From Megamonas funiformis (GTDB lineage Bacteria > Bacillota > Negativicutes > Selenomonadales > Selenomonadaceae): a stretch of 40,000 bases of DNA. The stretch spans positions 965,292-1,005,291 of the forward strand of contig NZ_CP048627.1 of assembly GCF_010669225.1 (NCBI RefSeq), in the 5' to 3' direction. Of this stretch, positions 36,686-40,000 are shown piece by piece. A program made the translations under genes and the position numbers. The notes beneath the pieces are model-generated. The model was not told the origin of the DNA and searched no databases. It worked only from the letters and a program-made list of their open reading frames with translations. How positions within the stretch are numbered: position 1 is the first letter of the stretch; every line of letters starts with the position of its first letter.

Positions 36686-36892
36686 TTAAATTCCTATTGC
36701 CAAAATATAACCTAAAGCATCTCCACCTCCACTACCATGACCACGTGATATCCACGTTACATTTGTCAACGACTTACTTGCAACTATTAACGAATATTCG
36801 TAACCTCCTCTATTTCTTGTAAGAAAAACAGAAAAACACGTTTGTGTAAAACTAATTGGAAAAGTAAAATTTCCCTCTCCACTTCCCCATTG
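36686..36892 (-). other. silent tail-fibre tip cassette C1 (68 codons + stop, no start codon)
   Basis: Hand translation from the core gives QWGSGEGNFTFPISFTQTCFSVFLTRNRGGYEYSLIVASKSLTNVTWISRGHGSGGGDALGYILAIGI-stop. Confidence 0.8.
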
Positions 36893-36893
36893 T
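36883..36893 (-). repeat. core S1 (TTCCCCATTGT on the + strand)
   Basis: Abuts the stop codon of C2 (36894-36896). Confidence 0.8.
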
Positions 36894-37100
36894 TTAAACT
36901 CCTATTGCAATATATCTAGTTTGCCCTTGTTGTACACCTCTGCCATAAAAAACAGCTCCTGTTTTTGAAATTGTAGTAATTACTAAATCTTCATATTGAG
37001 ATGTAGCATGAGATGCTGTTATTGAAAATATATTATTTACAAATGATATTGGGAAATTTATTGTTATAGATTGTTGTACATTTGAAAGAATTCCCCATTG
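36894..37100 (-). other. silent tail-fibre tip cassette C2 (68 codons + stop)
   Basis: QWGILSNVQQSITINFPISFVNNIFSITASHATSQYEDLVITTISKTGAVFYGRGVQQGQTRYIAIGV-stop. Part of ORF-track 36894-37121. Confidence 0.8.
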
Positions 37101-37112
37101 TACAATGGGGAA
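37091..37112. repeat. cores S2/S3 head-to-head: perfect 22-bp palindrome TTCCCCATTGTACAATGGGGAA
   Basis: Reads P-I-V-Q-W-G on both strands. Confidence 0.9.
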
Positions 37113-37309
37113 AATTAACAAAAACTAGCTGGGATACATTTAGTGGTAACTTTCCGATTGCTTTCAATATTTGTTATGCTGCCATAGGTGTAGCAAATGA
37201 TATTGGATATACTGGCTGTAGTTTTAATAATAAAAGTATTAATGTTCATAGTAGATGGGAAAGTTCTAATGCGAGTAATATCGCCACGTATTTAGCAATA
37301 GGAAAATAA
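37103..37309 (+). other. silent tail-fibre tip cassette C3 (68 codons + stop)
   Basis: QWGKLTKTSWDTFSGNFPIAFNICYAAIGVANDIGYTGCSFNNKSINVHSRWESSNASNIATYLAIGK-stop. Confidence 0.8.
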
Positions 37310-37310
37310 A

Positions 37311-37532
37311 TTATTTACCTATAGAAAACCAAAACATACTACTATGTTCGCCAACAGAAATAGAGAATTGGGTTAAACTTTCTACATTTGCTGAATGAGC
37401 ATTTTTTGTTGCCCCTGTACCTACATTTCCTTTAGGATTAGCCGACATCATATAAACAGCAGAAGAATATGCTACAGGGAATGAATATACTTTACGAGAA
37501 TAACTCCCTTGTCCATTATTATTTCCCCATTG
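37311..37532 (-). other. silent tail-fibre tip cassette C4 (73 codons + stop)
   Basis: QWGNNNGQGSYSRKVYSFPVAYSSAVYMMSANPKGNVGTGATKNAHSANVESLTQFSISVGEHSSMFWFSIGK-stop (hand translation). Confidence 0.8.
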
Positions 37533-37533
37533 T
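37523..37533 (-). repeat. core S4
   Basis: TTCCCCATTGT, abutting the stop codon of C5 (37534-37536). Confidence 0.8.
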
Positions 37534-37755
37534 TTATATACCTATACCTAATATATTTCTTGTCCCGTATTGGGAACAATACTGAAAAGATGTGTTATTT
37601 ACATTTCGTAAACCTCTAACATCTGCATCTGTACCTCGCCCTGAATTAAATATGTTAGCATCTACAGCCACGAAAATAGTATTAAAAGCAACGGGCCATG
37701 TTTTTGAATAATACACTTCACCACCACTATCACGATTTGAACCAACTACCCATTG
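37534..37755 (-). other. silent tail-fibre tip cassette C5 (73 codons + stop) with variant entry QWV
   Basis: QWVVGSNRDSGGEVYYSKTWPVAFNTIFVAVDANIFNSGRGTDADVRGLRNVNNTSFQYCSQYGTRNILGIGI-stop. Confidence 0.75.
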
Positions 37756-37767
37756 TACAATGGGGAA
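37746..37767. repeat. cores S5/S6 head-to-head, with the S5 arm degenerate (CTACCCATTGT|ACAATGGGGAA)
   Basis: The left arm carries 2 mismatches to the consensus, giving QWV for C5. Confidence 0.8.
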
Positions 37768-37955
37768 CTTGTATTAATGGCGATAATATATATCCTATTA
37801 GTTTTTCTAAATTTTGTACTTTAAGTATAGGAGGAGAACATCCTTATAGTGGAGGAGGTTCTTTCTTGCCTAAAAAACCAACAGCTTTAAATGGTTTTTA
37901 TTATACATTAACTGTAGATACTTATTATGGTGGCTATATAGCTATTGGAGTTTAA
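37758..37955 (+). other. silent tail-fibre tip cassette C6 (65 codons + stop)
   Basis: QWGTCINGDNIYPISFSKFCTLSIGGEHPYSGGGSFLPKKPTALNGFYYTLTVDTYYGGYIAIGV-stop. Confidence 0.8.
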
Positions 37956-37998
37956 TAATAGAAATGTATTTATAATGCAATTTATTTTTTATTGGATT

Positions 37999-38217
37999 TT
38001 AGTTTCCTATTGCTATCCAAAATAATTTTGCATTACTAATATTGCTTCCATGATTTACTTTAAATTTGGTTTCATTTATCAAAATTATACTATCTACGCC
38101 GTCTCCGCTATTACTATAATCTCCTGATGTTGAGTAAGTACTAAAATCAAATGCGAATAATACATTGAAATTAATAGGAAAAGCATTTTCTTTTCCAAAA
38201 TCAGAAGTTCCCCATTG
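37999..38217 (-). other. silent tail-fibre tip cassette C7 (72 codons + stop), close paralogue of expressed C0
   Basis: QWGTSDFGKENAFPINFNVLFAFDFSTYSTSGDYSNSGDGVDSIILINETKFKVNHGSNISNAKLFWIAIGN-stop. It differs from C0 at 9 of 72 residues. Confidence 0.85.
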
Positions 38218-38229
38218 TACAATGGGGAA
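38208..38229. repeat. cores S7/S8 head-to-head: second perfect 22-bp palindrome
   Basis: TTCCCCATTGTACAATGGGGAA, identical to 37091-37112. Confidence 0.9.
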
Positions 38230-38411
38230 AAGGGCATGATACTCAAACTATAATTTTTCCTATAGCGTTTACCCAGCAAGCTTTTTGTTGTATAGTAACT
38301 CCTATTGGAGGTGGACAAGGTTCAGATAGAGTATATAGTTTAAGTGTAAAAAGTTTTCAAATTCTTTGTGGTACTAATAATGATGGTTTATGGTTAGCGT
38401 TAGGTATTTAA
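38220..38411 (+). other. silent tail-fibre tip cassette C8 (63 codons + stop)
   Basis: QWGKGHDTQTIIFPIAFTQQAFCCIVTPIGGGQGSDRVYSLSVKSFQILCGTNNDGLWLALGI-stop. Confidence 0.8.
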
Positions 38412-38425
38412 TATAAAATATTATT

Positions 38426-38650
38426 TTATTTACCTATTGCAATATAATTTACTGGAACAGCGCCATCATTGGAATATATTCTAACTTGCGTTTTATTCCA
38501 ATCGCAAGCACCAGCAGAGTTACCATCTTTTGCTCCCCAACCATTATCTTGACGGTTTGTAACTACTTGATAACATATATCAGGAAAAGAAATAGGGAAG
38601 TTATACCACGGAGGGTTAGGACCATCTGCTCCATTGGCACTTCCCCATTG
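38426..38650 (-). other. silent tail-fibre tip cassette C9 (74 codons + stop)
   Basis: QWGSANGADGPNPPWYNFPISFPDICYQVVTNRQDNGWGAKDGNSAGACDWNKTQVRIYSNDGAVPVNYIAIGK-stop. Confidence 0.8.
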
Positions 38651-38671
38651 TTTACTTTGAACAATGGGGAA
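38641..38671. repeat. cores S9 and S10 head-to-head, separated by a 9-bp spacer TTACTTTGA
   Basis: TTCCCCATTGT-TTACTTTGA-ACAATGGGGAA. Confidence 0.85.
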
Positions 38672-38862
38672 GTATTAATATAATCTATGGCACAGGATTT
38701 TATACCTTAAATTTTCCTATATCATTTAATTCTCTTTACGCAATAGTAGATGGTGGAGTTTTTGATATTGAAATACAATCAAGAAATACTTCTAATTTTA
38801 AGATAGAACAACGTAGTGGTCAAAATAGTGATATTTATTGTTATATTGCAATAGGTAATTAA
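38662..38862 (+). other. silent tail-fibre tip cassette C10 (66 codons + stop)
   Basis: QWGSINIIYGTGFYTLNFPISFNSLYAIVDGGVFDIEIQSRNTSNFKIEQRSGQNSDIYCYIAIGN-stop. Confidence 0.8.
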
Positions 38863-39095
38863 ATTCCTATTGCAATCCAATATATTTTACAATTAGCAAC
38901 ATCTGAACCATGATGAAAAATAAAACTATTTGTTGTAATTTTTATTATATTGTCTGCTCCGCCTCCAGCATTATTATAGGAACCATTTGTAGAATATAAA
39001 TTAGATATTACACAATATATATCACTAAAAGATATAGGAAGGTTAATAGAAATGTTACTATCTCCAGAAGAACTACTAGATGACAATCCCCATTG
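38859..39095 (-). other. silent tail-fibre tip cassette C11 (78 codons + stop)
   Basis: QWGLSSSSSSGDSNISINLPISFSDIYCVISNLYSTNGSYNNAGGGADNIIKITTNSFIFHHGSDVANCKIYWIAIGI-stop. Confidence 0.8.
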
Positions 39096-39096
39096 T
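39087..39096 (-). repeat. core S11 (TCCCCATTGT), the right-hand boundary of the cassette array
   Basis: Followed directly by TAAAGGAG, which is the RBS of the next gene. Confidence 0.8.
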
Positions 39097-39112
39097 TAAA
39101 GGAGTTGAAAAA

Positions 39113-39388
39113 ATGAATTTATTTATAAATACATCTGATGTAAAAAATTTTATAAAACATGGTTTTGAATATAAAAAATCTAATGATAATAAATATAACC
39201 GTTTAGAATATATGATATACTGTGATGGCTTTGATTATATGATTTTAATAGCAGAATGGACAAGAGGTGAAAAAACAGCATTACTAAAAATAGAAAAAGA
39301 GATTTGCGAAGGTATAAGTTATATGACATTAGAATTACCAAACGTGATTTACGATTTGATAAATAAAGGTTTATTAAAGAAAGGCTGA
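39113..39388 (+). CDS. hypothetical protein (91 aa)
   Basis: ATG 39113 follows AAAGGAG. The ORF-track start 39080 lies inside core S11 and cassette C11. Confidence 0.5.
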   Translation: MNLFINTSDVKNFIKHGFEYKKSNDNKYNRLEYMIYCDGFDYMILIAEWTRGEKTALLKIEKEICEGISYMTLELPNVIYDLINKGLLKKG

Positions 39389-39392
39389 TTTT

Positions 39393-39803
39393 ATGTATTT
39401 AATGAAATTTGATGAAGAAGGTAAAAAAATATCTGCTGTTCCTTTGATTTTAGTTAATGATTGGGGAGGTGTAGAAAAATTGAAAAATGAAGGATATATT
39501 GAAGTATCTGATGAAGATTGGAATTACTATACTGGTAATTGTGGAGATGGTGATAATGATACAGGATATATAAGGGATAGTATTACTGGAAAACCTATTT
39601 CTGCACCTGCTAGAGTTATTACATTAGAGGAGCAAGCAAATGCTCTTAAAGCAGAATATGAAGCTAATGTTAAAGCAATTGATGAGGCAATACAGATTGC
39701 CAAAAATAACAATGATGATGAATATGTTAGTGAATTGCAACAGGAAAGACAAAATATATTAGATGAATATGCAAAAAAATTGGAGGAATTGACAAATGCT
39801 TAA
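39393..39803 (+). CDS. hypothetical protein with coiled-coil C-terminus (post-fibre position, XkdW-like placement)
   Basis: ORF in the operon. The functional assignment rests on position only. Confidence 0.45.
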   Translation: MYLMKFDEEGKKISAVPLILVNDWGGVEKLKNEGYIEVSDEDWNYYTGNCGDGDNDTGYIRDSITGKPISAPARVITLEEQANALKAEYEANVKAIDEAIQIAKNNNDDEYVSELQQERQNILDEYAKKLEELTNA

Positions 39804-39960
39804 ATTTTGTACATTTTGTGGAAGAAAACTTGATACAGAAGGCTTTTGCACTAATAAAAAGTGTCCTGATTACAAACGAAAAGAACTTATAGAAACAGAA
39901 AAGAAAGTGTTAGCAGAAAAAGCAAAAAGCACCCAAGAAGCTAATAATAATAAGGCTTAG
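39796..39960 (+). CDS. small zinc-ribbon protein (54 aa)
   Basis: MLKFCTFCGRKLDTEGFCTNKKCPDYKRK... is a CxxC...CxxxxC pattern. RBS GGAGGA lies 7 nt upstream. Below the ORF-track cutoff. Confidence 0.4.
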   Translation: MLKFCTFCGRKLDTEGFCTNKKCPDYKRKELIETEKKVLAEKAKSTQEANNNKA

Positions 39961-39974
39961 AGGGTGCTTTTATT

Positions 39975-40000
39975 ATGTCAAAAATTATATTACCGTATTT
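39975..40000 (+). CDS. 5' end of an ORF running off the right edge
   Basis: ATG follows GAGGGTG and encodes MSKIILPY... Confidence 0.3.

Noticed and set aside
36467-38217. Diversity-generating retroelement (a template/variable repeat pair), suggested by the similarity of C0 and C7.
   Set aside because: No reverse transcriptase ORF is present in the window. The roughly 20 C0/C7 nucleotide differences involve all base types rather than adenine-specific substitutions.
36894-39086. ORF-track ORFs with their own start codons in the cassette region (36894-37121, 37082-37309, 37534-37716, 37698-37955, 38094-38318, 38486-38683, 38859-39086), considered as independent small genes.
   Set aside because: Where they are in the cassette frame, the residues upstream of QWG are just the antisense of the neighbouring core or cassette, and no RBS is present. 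ORFs 38094-38318 and 38486-38683 are wrong-frame or antisense readings of C7/C8 and C9.
36685-39100. A regularly spaced short repeat with ~200-bp intervals could superficially suggest a CRISPR array.
   Set aside because: The repeats are only 10-11 bp and occur in both orientations. The intervals are about 190-240 bp and are open, homologous protein-coding cassettes. There is no leader and there are no cas genes.
39925-39970. AAAGCACCC...GGGTGCTTT inverted repeat at the end of the zinc-ribbon ORF, considered as a terminator.
   Set aside because: The loop is ~28 nt and contains the stop codon. The 3' arm also serves as the RBS of the next ORF. It is not convincing.

Overview
The window is one continuous, almost entirely plus-strand block of a tailed-phage or prophage genome. 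The host looks like an AT-rich Firmicute (Clostridia/Bacilli-like codon usage). The tail module follows the gene order of the B. subtilis PBSX xkdK-xkdV contractile-tail cluster. Gene order runs left to right. First is an early recombination and replication module: Rad50/SbcC-like ATPase, RecT-like annealase, MBL-fold hydrolase, DnaD-like initiator with internal 45-bp repeats, and DnaC-like loader. Next come about 4 kb of small accessory genes (ASCH/DUF3850, RusA-like, YopX), then an ArpU/sigma-like late regulator. A ParB-like, GT-like and radical-SAM trio follows. The structural genes come next: terS/terL, portal, MuF-like protein, scaffold, decoration protein and major capsid, then connectors. 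The tail follows with sheath, tube, a chaperone carrying an A_AAA_AAC -1 frameshift, and the tape measure. Then come LysM and baseplate genes, where the baseplate-J gene is broken by one in-frame TGA, and finally the tail fibre. The outstanding feature is the 2.6-kb stretch 36466-39096. The tail-fibre gene is followed by 11 start-less, promoter-less but fully open C-terminal cassettes of 63-78 codons in mixed orientation. Each cassette begins exactly at a shared ACAATGGGGA(A) core that encodes Q-W-G. This looks like a 12-way shufflon-like inversion system for the receptor-binding tip. No recombinase gene is recognisable anywhere in the 40 kb. No rRNA, tRNA, CRISPR array or IS element was seen.
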